From: Nostoc sp. DedSLP01
GTDB lineage: Bacteria > Cyanobacteriota > Cyanobacteriia > Cyanobacteriales > Nostocaceae
NCBI GenBank assembly: GCA_034530875.2
Contig: JAVRCJ020000028.1
Coordinates: forward strand, 1 to 36,736
Reading direction: 5' to 3'
Length of the DNA: 36,736 bases
Below the pieces are notes generated by a model. That model was not told the origin of the DNA, did not search any database, and was given only the letters and a program-made list of their open reading frames with translations. Shown in pieces: positions 1-11,827 of the stretch (its first letter is position 1; every line of letters starts with the position of its first letter). Position numbers and translations under genes: made by a program.

Positions 1-133
1 TTAGAAAGGGGAGGGTTAGGGTGGGGTAATTCGAGGACTGGTAGCGATTCGATAACTTGTGTGTACACCGTAGCCTTGGCAAGGGGAGGGGTTGGGGGTA
101 GGGTAAAATGCTTGTGGGATAAGTGAATACACG

Positions 134-164
134 TGTAGAGACGTTGCAATGCAACGTCTCTACA
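134..164. repeat. REP-like perfect palindrome (small dispersed repeat)
   Basis: TGTAGAGACGTTGCA-A-TGCAACGTCTCTACA: 15-bp perfect arms with GTAG...CTAC ends typical of cyanobacterial REP-like repeats. Confidence 0.85.
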
Positions 165-190
165 AAAATTTTGATATCATGCACAATCGG

Positions 191-215
191 TTTCATACAA
201 AAAATCAGCAACGCC
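191..215. mobile_element. Right end of a GGCGTTGCTGA-family MITE (partial)
   Basis: TTTCATAC...TCAGCAACGCC (205-215) has the same terminal inverted repeat as the element at 1855-2011. Confidence 0.6.
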
Positions 216-269
216 AATTATGTAGTGAAGATATGCTTTTATTAAATCAACCCTAAATCGGTAAAAAAC

Positions 270-1757
270 GTGAATCTCCCATTAATTACTCGCGCTCAAG
301 AGCATAATGAGAAAATAGCGATTTCTACAACTAAAGAAGTATTTACTTATCGAGATTTACTCTACACTTCTAGTCAAATCGCTACCACTCTTCTTGAGAA
401 TGCAGATGATTTACACGAACAACGAGTTGCTTTTCTCATCCCGCCTGGGTTTGAGTATGTAGCGACTCAATGGGGGATTTGGCGTGCTGGTGGAATAGCG
501 GTTCCTTTGTGTGTTTCCCACCCAAAACCAGAATTAGAGTATGTAATTACGAATTCCGGGGCATCGATTATTATTGCCCATCCTAATTTTGAGGATATAC
601 TGCGATCGCTTGCAAAAACACATAATTTGCGATTTCTCCTCACCTCAGAAATACTATCTTCTAATATTGCTAACCTCCCAGAGATAGATATCACCAGACG
701 CGCTTTAATTCTCTACACTAGCGGTACGACTGGTAAACCGAAGGGTGTCGTTACAACCCATGCAAACATTCAAGCCCAAGTCACTAGCTTGATTGATGCT
801 TGGGAATGGAAGTCAAGCGATCGCATTTTACATATACTTCCTTTGCATCATATTCATGGAATTGTGAATATCCTCACTTGTGCTTTATGGGCAGGTGCAG
901 AGTGCCATATATTAAGCAAATTTGATGCCGAAGTTGTCTGGAACCGAATTGCTGACGGTGACTTAACTTTATTTATGGCAGTACCGACAATATATGTAAA
1001 GCTAATTGCAGCTTGGGAAAATGCCGACAGGGAATTTCAGCAAAACATGTCAGCAGGTTGTCAGAAAATGCGTCTGATGGTTTCTGGTTCAGCAGCCTTA
1101 CCAGTTCGAGTTTTAGAAAAATGGCAAACTATCAGCGGACATTTTCTCTTAGAACGTTACGGGATGACAGAAATTGGCATGGCGCTATCGAATTCTTTAC
1201 ACGGGGAACGCTTACCAGGATATGTGGGAAAGCCTTTGCCTCAAGTGGAAGTGAGATTACTCGATGAGAACGCAGAGTTAGTTTCACTAGGAACGCCAGG
1301 AGAAATCCAAGTCAAAGGCGCGACAGTGTTTCGAGAATATTGGCAAAACCCCCAAGCAACCGCTAAAGCTTTTCAAAATGGTTGGTTCCGTACTGGAGAT
1401 TTGGCAGTAGTTGAGAATGATAACTACCGCATTCTGGGACGGATGAGTGTAGATATCATCAAAACCGGAGGATATAAAGTTTCCGCTTTGGAAATTGAAG
1501 AAGTGCTAAGAACCCATCCAGATATTCAAGAATGTGCGGTGGTTGGGGTTGCAGATATGGAGTGGGGAGAGAGGGTTTGTGCTGCATTAGTATTGCAGCG
1601 ATCGCAAACTTTGACGTTAGAATCTCTTAGAAGTTGGGCAAAAGAACGATTAGCTGTCTATAAAGTACCAACTCAAATTATGCTAGTTGCAGAATTACCG
1701 CGCAACGCTATGGGTAAAGTGACTAAGCCGGCAGTAGTTGAGCTATTTCAGGCATAG
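270..1757 (+). CDS. Acyl-CoA synthetase (AMP-forming), malonyl-CoA synthetase MatB/ACSF3-like
   Basis: 495 aa; AMP-binding motif YTSGTTGKPKG, ERYGMTE, WFRTGD, C-terminal PRNAMGKV; GTG start. Confidence 0.9.
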   Translation: MNLPLITRAQEHNEKIAISTTKEVFTYRDLLYTSSQIATTLLENADDLHEQRVAFLIPPGFEYVATQWGIWRAGGIAVPLCVSHPKPELEYVITNSGASIIIAHPNFEDILRSLAKTHNLRFLLTSEILSSNIANLPEIDITRRALILYTSGTTGKPKGVVTTHANIQAQVTSLIDAWEWKSSDRILHILPLHHIHGIVNILTCALWAGAECHILSKFDAEVVWNRIADGDLTLFMAVPTIYVKLIAAWENADREFQQNMSAGCQKMRLMVSGSAALPVRVLEKWQTISGHFLLERYGMTEIGMALSNSLHGERLPGYVGKPLPQVEVRLLDENAELVSLGTPGEIQVKGATVFREYWQNPQATAKAFQNGWFRTGDLAVVENDNYRILGRMSVDIIKTGGYKVSALEIEEVLRTHPDIQECAVVGVADMEWGERVCAALVLQRSQTLTLESLRSWAKERLAVYKVPTQIMLVAELPRNAMGKVTKPAVVELFQA

Positions 1758-1854
1758 CGTTTAGCGGTATTGCTGATTGATGGGATGATTTTTTCACGCA
1801 CAGACGCAGAGGCGCAAAGAGGATAAAGAGTTTTGGATTTCAAAATATAAATTT

Positions 1855-2011
1855 GGCGTTGCTGAATCGAGGTATGAAAGTTAAAAATTCCATCTTTCAA
1901 ACTCTTACTCTCTGTGGCTCTGCGCGACGCCACTTGCTACAAGTCGGGGAACCCGCCCAACGCAGTGGCTCCTCTGCGTGAAACAAATTCATACTTTCAC
2001 TCAGCAACGCC
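1855..2011. mobile_element. MITE, 157 bp, with 11-bp TIRs and an 8-bp target-site duplication
   Basis: Ends GGCGTTGCTGA / TCAGCAACGCC; ATAAATTT directly repeated at 1847-1854 and 2012-2019; no transposase. Confidence 0.9.
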
Positions 2012-2055
2012 ATAAATTTCATCCCCCAATTATGCAATTGTTTTTCCTTGATTTA

Positions 2056-2736
2056 TCAATTACCTATGAATGATTCTTCACGCATAGTTGATATTGATAG
2101 TCGAGGACGCAAGCAAAGATAGGCAAGAGAACCGAGCAAAGGAAGAAACACCACTGTTAAAAATACCTGGGCATTAGGGAAACGGCGACGAGCCATATCA
2201 TCACCAACAACAGTAGGAAATAATAGATAAAATAGGCAAAATGCCAAGCTCATACCATTGATAAAGCGATCGCTCTGGAATTGCCGTACATAGTCTGCCC
2301 AATCACCGAAGGCAAAACCATAGACAAGCAAGACAATTGTGCTGAAAGTCAAAACTATAGCGTAAAAACGAGAATCCAGCAGATTCAAAAAAGTATCCTT
2401 TTGCCCAGAAAATTGTTGATTGGGTTGACGTAAAGCCAGATATGGCAACAGGCCAAGTACCCCTGAACCTACTGATGCGATAGCAAAAGGCCAAAACCGA
2501 ATCGATTGCATTCTGCCATCAAAGAACAATACACTACTATAAATTAATAGCCAAATACCCACTAGAGAAAATAAAGAAAGGATAATTGGATTAATATTAG
2601 CCCACTGAAGAGTCAATATATTTTTCAACAGAGTTAGCGTTTCATCTAAATGTAGCGGCGGTGCTAAGAATAAAATATAAGCGATAAATCCAGCCCACAG
2701 TAACCACAATACAAGTTTAAAATTCATCATCTTCAT
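2056..2736 (-). CDS. Multi-pass membrane protein (DUF2834-like)
   Basis: 226 aa with about six hydrophobic segments; LLPYLALR and DDMARR motifs resemble a cyanobacterial/plant membrane family. Start ambiguous (MKMM). Confidence 0.7.
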   Translation of the reverse strand: MKMMNFKLVLWLLWAGFIAYILFLAPPLHLDETLTLLKNILTLQWANINPIILSLFSLVGIWLLIYSSVLFFDGRMQSIRFWPFAIASVGSGVLGLLPYLALRQPNQQFSGQKDTFLNLLDSRFYAIVLTFSTIVLLVYGFAFGDWADYVRQFQSDRFINGMSLAFCLFYLLFPTVVGDDMARRRFPNAQVFLTVVFLPLLGSLAYLCLRPRLSISTMREESFIGN

Positions 2737-3021
2737 TTGGTTGCATAAAATTATTGCTCAGACACAACTAACTTGAGTATTTAGTGTCTGTAGGCTGATG
2801 CTAGAAGGTATCTCTGGCATCCTGGATATAACTAATTGATAGTTAAATCCTGGCTGAATTGTAAATGATGAATCCTCTACTCGTTGTCGCTCAATGGGTA
2901 GAGCTTGCAGAGTTGAAAAAGGTAATTTTACGAATCGCATTTCAAAGCGATCGCTCTCTACATCCCATAATCTAATACACTTCAGATAAAATTTTTTCCC
3001 TGTCCCTTGCCGTCTAAATGA

Positions 3022-3116
3022 TATAGCGGTTCCCAATCAAATGAGGTACAGTAATTTCCAGGGGTGCAAAGCTTTGCATCCCTACCTTGTACTTCACTAG
3101 AACGGGAAATGCTATA
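3022..3116. mobile_element. MITE-like element with internal REP-like hairpin
   Basis: Imperfect TIRs TATAGCGGTTCCC...TGAGGTACA / TGTACTTCA...GGGAAATGCTATA; internal palindrome GGGGTGCAAAGCTTTGCATCCC(TAC) at about 3061-3085. Confidence 0.7.
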
Positions 3117-3402
3117 GAAACCACAGGTTTTCAAAATCAGTATTTGGCAGATATCGACCAATTAAGCCTAGCTTTTGCCTTATACGCTTTGTGACAAACG
3201 CGCTTGGCAATTACGTGGTTTGGTAAATGATGTAGCAAACCAGCGCATAAGCTCCAAATAACAGCTTATGTCGCGGTTTAATCAATTTATCCGCGAATTT
3301 AAGATTTATTGGCTCTAAATAGGCTAAAAGCCAGATTAGGAGACATATTAAAACAAAGGTATAATTTTTATTTGTAAGAGTAATATGCAGTAGTAAAAGT
3401 GA

Positions 3403-3612
3403 ATGGTCAATAAAAAATGGGCTGTTAAACGACTAACAGTAAATCTCACTAAGACAGAAACAGAAAAACTAGAAAAATATTGCGCGCAAACAGGAAGACC
3501 TGCTACTGATGTGATTCGGGAATTGCTGCGTTCTTTAGAAGTTGACAATACAAAAGTATCTGAAAATTTGCCATCTTCTGAAGTTTCAGAATTAGCGAGT
3601 TTGCAGCAATAA
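3403..3612 (+). CDS. CopG/ribbon-helix-helix family small DNA-binding protein
   Basis: 69 aa; KRLTVNL strand followed by ETEKLEKYCAQTGRPATDVIRELLRSL helix-helix pattern. Confidence 0.8.
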   Translation: MVNKKWAVKRLTVNLTKTETEKLEKYCAQTGRPATDVIRELLRSLEVDNTKVSENLPSSEVSELASLQQ

Positions 3613-3918
3613 ATCAATACAAATGTGCTGGAGGTTCGGTTTTTCGATCGCGCTTTTAATAAAGAGTCTCCCAACTGTATCGATCGCTCGATCTGCACCT
3701 ATTCCTCCAGTAATTCCCAGGTTAACCTAAATTCGGTCTTCATCCGTTAGCAAGAGCATTAGTAAAGTCAATAAGCGACTTGATAAATACATGAACGAGC
3801 AACAATGAAAAATGCTTGCGCAATGGTAGCTATTCTTGCTACAGCCTTACCATCTTTACAATAGACAATGTTGATTAGACAGAGCGATCGCTACCTTTGC
3901 CAAAGATATCGCACAAGT

Positions 3919-6645
3919 CTAGCGAATCTTATTAAAACTAAAAGGTTTTGGTCTTGCAATTGCATAACCTTGAGCATAATTTACTCCGAGATTTTGAATT
4001 ACTTCAAAGACAGCTTTATTTTCTACAAACTCAGCAATAGTTTGCAGTCCCATCACTTGACCAATTTTATTGATAGCGTCTACCATTGCTAGGCTAACTG
4101 GTTCTTCTACAATATGTTTGACAAAACTGCCATCGATTTTTAGATAATCTACTGGTAGATTTTTGAGATAGCCAAACGAAGACATACCACTACCAAAATC
4201 ATCTAAGGCAAAACAGCAGCCAAATTCCTTGAGGGAGCGAATAAATCCAGCAGCTTTACCCAAGTTTTTGATAGCGACAGTTTCAGTAATTTCAAAGCAG
4301 ATTGCTGTCGGCGGTATTTGGTAGAGATTAAATTGCTCGCAGATAAAATCAATGAATCGGTCGTCATTGATACTAGCGCCAGAAAGATTAATTGTATATA
4401 AACTGCCGCGACTATTTTGAAGCGATCGCCAATTTCCGTATTGCGCGAGATTTGTAAAAAATGTCTGGATTACCCAGCGATCGATAGTTTGCATGAGATT
4501 GTAACGTTCAGCCGCTGGAATAAATGCCATTGGCGACACCACGTTACCAGTTTCATCTATCAGGCGCAGGAGAACTTCGTAATGCTCTGTTAAAGAATAA
4601 GTCGGGGACACGGGAACAATAGATTGATAGTAAAGTCGGAAACGATTATCTTCCAGCGCTTGAGTAATTCTTCGTACCCATTGCATTTCGCCATGTTGCT
4701 TTACTAGTTCAAAATCGTTAGCTTGGTAAATATGTATGCGATTAGAGCCTTGATTTTTCGCAACATAGCAAGCTGCGTCGGCAGCGCTTAAGGCAGTATT
4801 CATATTATCAATAGCTGCGTTGATAGCAACTAAGCCGATGCTGATGCTGAGATTAAAAATTTTCTCTTGCTCCCATACAAAACGAAACTGTTCTAGTGCT
4901 TCACGTAATTGATTAGCAATTAATAGCGCTGCTTCCAGAGAACAATCATTGAGTATAATGCCAAATTCATCTCCGCCTAAACGTGCAAGAGTGTCATAAG
5001 AACGTACATAAGTTTGAAACAAATTAGCTACTTGGCACAATAATCGATCGCCAGCAACATGACCGCAGGTATCATTAATAATTTTGAACTGGTCTAAATC
5101 TAAATAACACAATGCGTGCTGTTCTTTGCCTAGCTGAGCGCTAGTTACAGCTTGCATTAAACGATTTTCAAATTCGCGTCTGTTAACCAGTCCAGTCAAG
5201 GCATCGTGGCTAGCTTGCCAGGATAATAAACGTGTCAGATTGCGGTTTTGGGTAACATCGCGAAATACTAGGACTACACCAATAATTTGGCCGTCCCGAG
5301 TACGAATCGGCGCCGCAGAGTCTTCAATGGAAAACTCTGTACCGTTGCGAGTAATTAGCACAGTGTGGTTAGCTAAACCGACAGTCGCATCAGAATGCAG
5401 AACTTTTTCTACTGGGTTTTCTATACTTTGCCGACTAATCTCATTAATAATTTTAAAAACTTCTGTTAACGGCAATCCTAATGCCTCGTTTAGACTCCAG
5501 CCAGTAAGGGCTTCTGCAACTGGGTTAAGATATTGAATTGAGCCGTATGCATCAGTTGTAATTACTCCATCTCCAATAGATTGCAATGTTACTAAAGCCA
5601 GTTCTTTTTCTTGAAAAAGAGCCTGTTCTACGGATCTACGCTCAGCAATCTCTTGTTGTAATCGTTCCAGAGTTGTTAACAATTCCTTTGTGCGTGAGGA
5701 TACTCTCTGTTCTAGTTCTTCATTTGCTTTTTTGAGCGCTGTTTGCGCTTGCCGACGCTGGCGATCGCTAGCGTTCAGGGAACGTGCATTGCACCAAATT
5801 AGTATGGCAAAAACAATAACATTCAAAATGCTTAAGGCAGAAAGCCCGAATTCAGCAGTATAAATCTGCATTCGGTAACCAGATAAAATTAGCCAGCACA
5901 TAACTGGCGGAAACACTATCGCCGCAGGTAATAAAAACCTGGCCGCGATTCCACCTGCATTTTGACTAGTGATTACGGCCATCAAGCCACGGTTTGGAGA
6001 GGCAAACAAAATGCCATTGGCTAGCAACAACAATGAAACTGCTGTATGTAGCGCAATTGATGTTAAGGAGCCAAATCTATACAAAAGTGCATTACCATAC
6101 ACATACCCCAAAAGCCCCATTCCAGCAATGAAAAATGCGAATATTGCACATAGCTGGGCTAGTAAATATTGAGGAGCAGCCAGATTCAACAGCAGCAAGC
6201 TTAATCCAAATAATACAAAAACAAACGCTGTATGGACTGCCATACGACCAGGAGCCGCATCACCTACTGGATCGACCTTGGCTTGAAAAAAGATTTGGTC
6301 AATGCCAAGGTCTATGTTGAAGGTATACTGAATTAATGTTAACAAACCAATTAGCAAAACAAAAAAGGCACAAGCTTGAGCAGCGTGACGTTTGACACCA
6401 ATCATCCCTTGCCAATGCCACAACCATAAAGATGTTCCTGCCAAAATCAAACAGATAGCTGTGTTAGCTTTCATAGCTACCCATCCTGGCAAAATACTTT
6501 TGAAAACTGTAATATCTTCGATCCAGCCAACAATCACAGCACAGCCAACAAAGGCTACTGCAATACCAGCCTTTTGAGAAAAAGACTGGAGTAAAGCCTT
6601 TAGTGCGAGATACTGATACCGAGATTCGACATCATGAGTAGCCAT
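3919..6645 (-). CDS. Membrane-anchored diguanylate cyclase/phosphodiesterase (multi-TM, coiled coil, PAS, GGDEF, EAL)
   Basis: About 8 TM segments; PAS (SIGDGVITTD...NPVAEALTGW); HDALTGLVNR; RSYD I-site before GGDEF; EVLLRL, DDFGSG and KIDGSFV EAL motifs. Confidence 0.95.
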   Translation of the reverse strand: MATHDVESRYQYLALKALLQSFSQKAGIAVAFVGCAVIVGWIEDITVFKSILPGWVAMKANTAICLILAGTSLWLWHWQGMIGVKRHAAQACAFFVLLIGLLTLIQYTFNIDLGIDQIFFQAKVDPVGDAAPGRMAVHTAFVFVLFGLSLLLLNLAAPQYLLAQLCAIFAFFIAGMGLLGYVYGNALLYRFGSLTSIALHTAVSLLLLANGILFASPNRGLMAVITSQNAGGIAARFLLPAAIVFPPVMCWLILSGYRMQIYTAEFGLSALSILNVIVFAILIWCNARSLNASDRQRRQAQTALKKANEELEQRVSSRTKELLTTLERLQQEIAERRSVEQALFQEKELALVTLQSIGDGVITTDAYGSIQYLNPVAEALTGWSLNEALGLPLTEVFKIINEISRQSIENPVEKVLHSDATVGLANHTVLITRNGTEFSIEDSAAPIRTRDGQIIGVVLVFRDVTQNRNLTRLLSWQASHDALTGLVNRREFENRLMQAVTSAQLGKEQHALCYLDLDQFKIINDTCGHVAGDRLLCQVANLFQTYVRSYDTLARLGGDEFGIILNDCSLEAALLIANQLREALEQFRFVWEQEKIFNLSISIGLVAINAAIDNMNTALSAADAACYVAKNQGSNRIHIYQANDFELVKQHGEMQWVRRITQALEDNRFRLYYQSIVPVSPTYSLTEHYEVLLRLIDETGNVVSPMAFIPAAERYNLMQTIDRWVIQTFFTNLAQYGNWRSLQNSRGSLYTINLSGASINDDRFIDFICEQFNLYQIPPTAICFEITETVAIKNLGKAAGFIRSLKEFGCCFALDDFGSGMSSFGYLKNLPVDYLKIDGSFVKHIVEEPVSLAMVDAINKIGQVMGLQTIAEFVENKAVFEVIQNLGVNYAQGYAIARPKPFSFNKIR

Positions 6646-6827
6646 AGCTTTATTGAAAAAATAACCGGCAAGCCCATATTATGCTATTTGCTGTTTAGCA
6701 TGAAATTTAAGGTAGATGCAAGTAATTTGAGTTCGACCTGAGAAAGAGTTTGTTAAACACCACAGATGGAATTTTATGCGTATAGGTAAATAATAGCGAT
6801 CGCTAAGTTATATACTTGCAAAAGAAT

Positions 6828-7202
6828 ATGTCTAAAGCCTATGCACAGTTTGTACTTGGTTCTTCACCATCTACTGAATGTGCTGCTGTGTTTGCAGCTT
6901 CGATCGCGAAAAATGAAAATCTTGATTACTTTCTCAATTCACAAGGTCAGGTGCAAAGTTCTCAAGACTTATTATAATTTATGAAAAATCATGAAGAAGG
7001 CTTTCCTAGTGCTGTGATTGCTGCTATAGAGGTGTTTGTAAGTTTGAAGCTGGCAAATACTGGCCTAGACAAGATTGAAAAAATTTCTTTGGAATATGCA
7101 GTCATACAAAAGCAATTTGAAGAAGAATTCTTCAATAACTTCATATCCTCTGTGTATCGCTATTGCCAATATACAACGTGGCTCTTCGTTGAAATCTTTT
7201 AG
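6828..7202 (+). pseudogene. Possible interrupted hypothetical gene
   Basis: ATG 6828 opens 49 codons (MSKAYAQFVLGSS...QDLL), TAA at 6975, then the same frame continues into the 73-aa ORF 6981-7202. Confidence 0.35.
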
Positions 7203-7259
7203 GGTAAGACTTTAAGCATATTGCCTGCTATCACAGCTTTGCCAATTTTTCACCAAAGT

Positions 7260-7394
7260 AATAAGTAAGTCGATGTGAAAAAATCAAACTATACTAAGAA
7301 ATGTTAATTTAACTAAAACCCTCTTTCCTTCTGCCTTCTGCCTCCTGCCTCCTGCCTTATTTTGAGAATAAATATTCACCACGATCTACTTATT
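7260..7394. mobile_element. MITE-like element containing CTGCCT(T/C) heptamer repeats
   Basis: Imperfect TIRs AATAAGTAAGTCG / CGATCTACTTATT; four heptamer units at about 7331-7358. Confidence 0.6.
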
Positions 7395-7461
7395 GGAACT
7401 ATTTTTATTGTAAAAAATTTAAGATTAATAATTTTTCTTTAATAAATCTTTAATTTTTTGC

Positions 7462-7571
7462 TTAAGTGTTTTAACTGTCTTAATTGTCCTCAAATTTGGA
7501 TTTAAATATCTCCTTAACTGTCTTAACTGTCTTAAGTGTCTTTTTATTCTTCATTCTTCGCTTTAAATGTC
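7462..7571 (+). promoter_or_regulatory. Array of 9-bp direct repeats TTAAnTGTC upstream of geoA (candidate operator)
   Basis: Triplet at 7462/7471/7480, triplet at 7514/7523/7532, and single variants at 7502 and 7563. The repeats are certain; the regulatory role is inference. Confidence 0.5.
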
Positions 7572-7677
7572 TGCTTAAGTTTCTGATTCTATCTCTTGCT
7601 TTTTTTCTGTAAGTATGAAAAAGTTTGATTGTGCAAACAACGCAGCAAAAATATTAGAGAGTATCTAAATATGAAAT

Positions 7678-7728
7678 ATGCAATCCTTTGAATTACAGGA
7701 TTTTGATATGGCATGGCAAGGTCAATAA
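7678..7728 (+). pseudogene. 16-codon ORF resembling the GeoA N-terminus (relic or leader peptide)
   Basis: MQSFELQDFDMAWQGQ* aligns without gaps to Geo[17 protein letters not shown] (Q-x-FEL-xx-F-xxx-W). Confidence 0.55.
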
Positions 7729-7810
7729 CTATGTAGTGGTGGCGGAACATTTCTTCAAAAGTAATTTGTACAAAAATGCCAATTTAACACAACTTAAATC
7801 AAGACAATGA

Positions 7811-10195
<2,385 letters not shown>

Positions 10196-10265
10196 CTCAA
10201 TCTGAGTCGGTCGTCAGGTGAAACTTGATTTTTTTTCTAGTAACTAAAAAGTAGAGGATTGAATT

Positions 10266-11675
10266 GTGACTTATTCTAGCGATCGCAATATCGATGCAGA
10301 AAATCAGCAGCCCCACTTAACCTTAAGTACAGCAGCGGCGCGTAATTTGGCGACAACGGCCAAATCTGCACCGCAGACCCAGGAAATTACATCCCGGTGG
10401 TTATTAAAGTTGTTGCCTTTTGTACAAACTAAAGGTGGCACTTTTCGAGTCAACCGTCGCTTGAGTTATACCGTAGGTGATGGGCGAGTCAGTTTCACCA
10501 ATACTGGAGCAGCAGTACAGGTAATTCCTCAAGAACTAACTGAATTGCCCTTACTGCGCGGATTTAGCGAAGTTGATGTCTTGACAGGCTTAGCAAACCA
10601 GTTTCAGCAGCAAGAGTACGCCCCAGACGATGTAATCGTTGAGATTGGTCAGCCCGCCGATCGCATAATTCTAATTGCTCGTGGTAAGGTGAACAAAATT
10701 GGTGTTGGCAAGTATGGCGAAGAGATCGTCTACGATGTGCTAGCTGACGGCGACCATTTCGGCGATGAAACTGTGGCCCAGTCCGAGGACACCTGGCAGT
10801 ACACCCTCAAAGCAATTACCAGAACCATAGTTTTGTCATTGCCCCAACAAGCGTTTGAGAGGCTCGTCGGTCAGTCCGAGGCACTGCGAACTCATGTCGA
10901 ACAGTTCCGCACTCGTCTGAGTCAGCCACAGACTCCCGAAGGTGAAGCCGCCATTCAACTAGCAGCCAATCATCCCCAAGAGACTCCCTTAGCAGGAACT
11001 TTCGCTGATTACGAACTTGCACCCCGCGAATACGAATTGAGCATCGCTCAAACGGTGTTGCGAGTCAGTACTCGCGTTGCTGACCTGTACAACGAACCGT
11101 ACAACCAGACAGAAGAACAACTGCGACTAACTATCGAGTCATTACGGGAACGTCAGGAATACGAATTACTCAACAACCGCGAATTCGGATTGCTGCACAA
11201 CGCCGACTTGAAACAACGCATTTATAGCCGCACTGGGGCACCCACACCAGACGACCTCGACGAACTGCTGACCACAGTATGGAAAGAGCCGTCATTCTTC
11301 TTAGCTCACCCCCGCACCATTGCAGCCATAGGCCGCGAAGCCAACCGCCAAGGCGTTTATCCACAAAGTATAGATATCAACGGCAATCAAGTTACAGCTT
11401 GGCGCGGCGTACCTATCTTTCCTTCCAATAAGATTCCCATCACCAATAACCGCACCAGTTCTGTGCTTTTGCTGCGCACAGGTTTGGAAAAACAAGGCGT
11501 CATCGGCTTACATCAAACTGGTATCCCCGATGAGTACCAACCAAGTTTGTCTGTGCGCTTCATGGGTATCGATGAAAAGGCGATTATTTCTTACTTGGTT
11601 ACTGCCTACTACTCAGCAGCCGTCCTGATTCCTGACGCGCTCGGCATCCTTGAAGATGTGGAAATCGGGCGCTAA
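10266..11675 (+). CDS. cnb1: Family 2B encapsulin shell protein with cNMP-binding-type insertion (copy 1)
   Basis: 469 aa; [29 protein letters not shown]-arm, central cNMP-type domain (GDHFGD), [42 protein letters not shown] start with AGAGGA RBS. Confidence 0.92.
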   Translation: MTYSSDRNIDAENQQPHLTLSTAAARNLATTAKSAPQTQEITSRWLLKLLPFVQTKGGTFRVNRRLSYTVGDGRVSFTNTGAAVQVIPQELTELPLLRGFSEVDVLTGLANQFQQQEYAPDDVIVEIGQPADRIILIARGKVNKIGVGKYGEEIVYDVLADGDHFGDETVAQSEDTWQYTLKAITRTIVLSLPQQAFERLVGQSEALRTHVEQFRTRLSQPQTPEGEAAIQLAANHPQETPLAGTFADYELAPREYELSIAQTVLRVSTRVADLYNEPYNQTEEQLRLTIESLRERQEYELLNNREFGLLHNADLKQRIYSRTGAPTPDDLDELLTTVWKEPSFFLAHPRTIAAIGREANRQGVYPQSIDINGNQVTAWRGVPIFPSNKIPITNNRTSSVLLLRTGLEKQGVIGLHQTGIPDEYQPSLSVRFMGIDEKAIISYLVTAYYSAAVLIPDALGILEDVEIGR

Positions 11676-11682
11676 GTGATTG

Positions 11683-11806
11683 AATTTTAGATTTTGGATT
11701 TTGGATTTTGGATTGAAAAATTCAAAATTCAAAATTTCAACACGTTTGTGATTTATACTCGCTCCCCGACGAGCAAGCTACGTGGAACAAATCTAAAATC
11801 CAAAAT
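11683..11806. repeat. Heptamer (GATTTTG/CAAAATC) tandem repeats in inverted arrangement with an internal small dispersed repeat
   Basis: (GATTTTG)n at about 11690-11714, AATCTAAAATCCAAAAT at about 11790-11806, and TACTCGC...AGCAAGCTA at 11756-11780, related to 24428-24455. Confidence 0.75.
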
Positions 11807-11827
11807 TGTTAGCTAGAGGATGAGGTA

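Noticed and set aside
2758..3036. 92-aa minus-strand ORF
   Set aside because: TTG start lies inside a MITE-like element and there are no motifs; cannot be supported.
3348..3698. 116-aa minus-strand ORF
   Set aside because: Antisense to the better-supported RHH gene.
3919..6645. GGDEF-EAL gene as part of the geosmin system
   Set aside because: Divergent and about 1.2 kb away with a MITE and a possible pseudogene in between; adjacency alone is not evidence.
7462..7540. CRISPR array or plasmid iterons
   Set aside because: Units are 9 bp and contiguous with no spacers; no cas or rep genes nearby.
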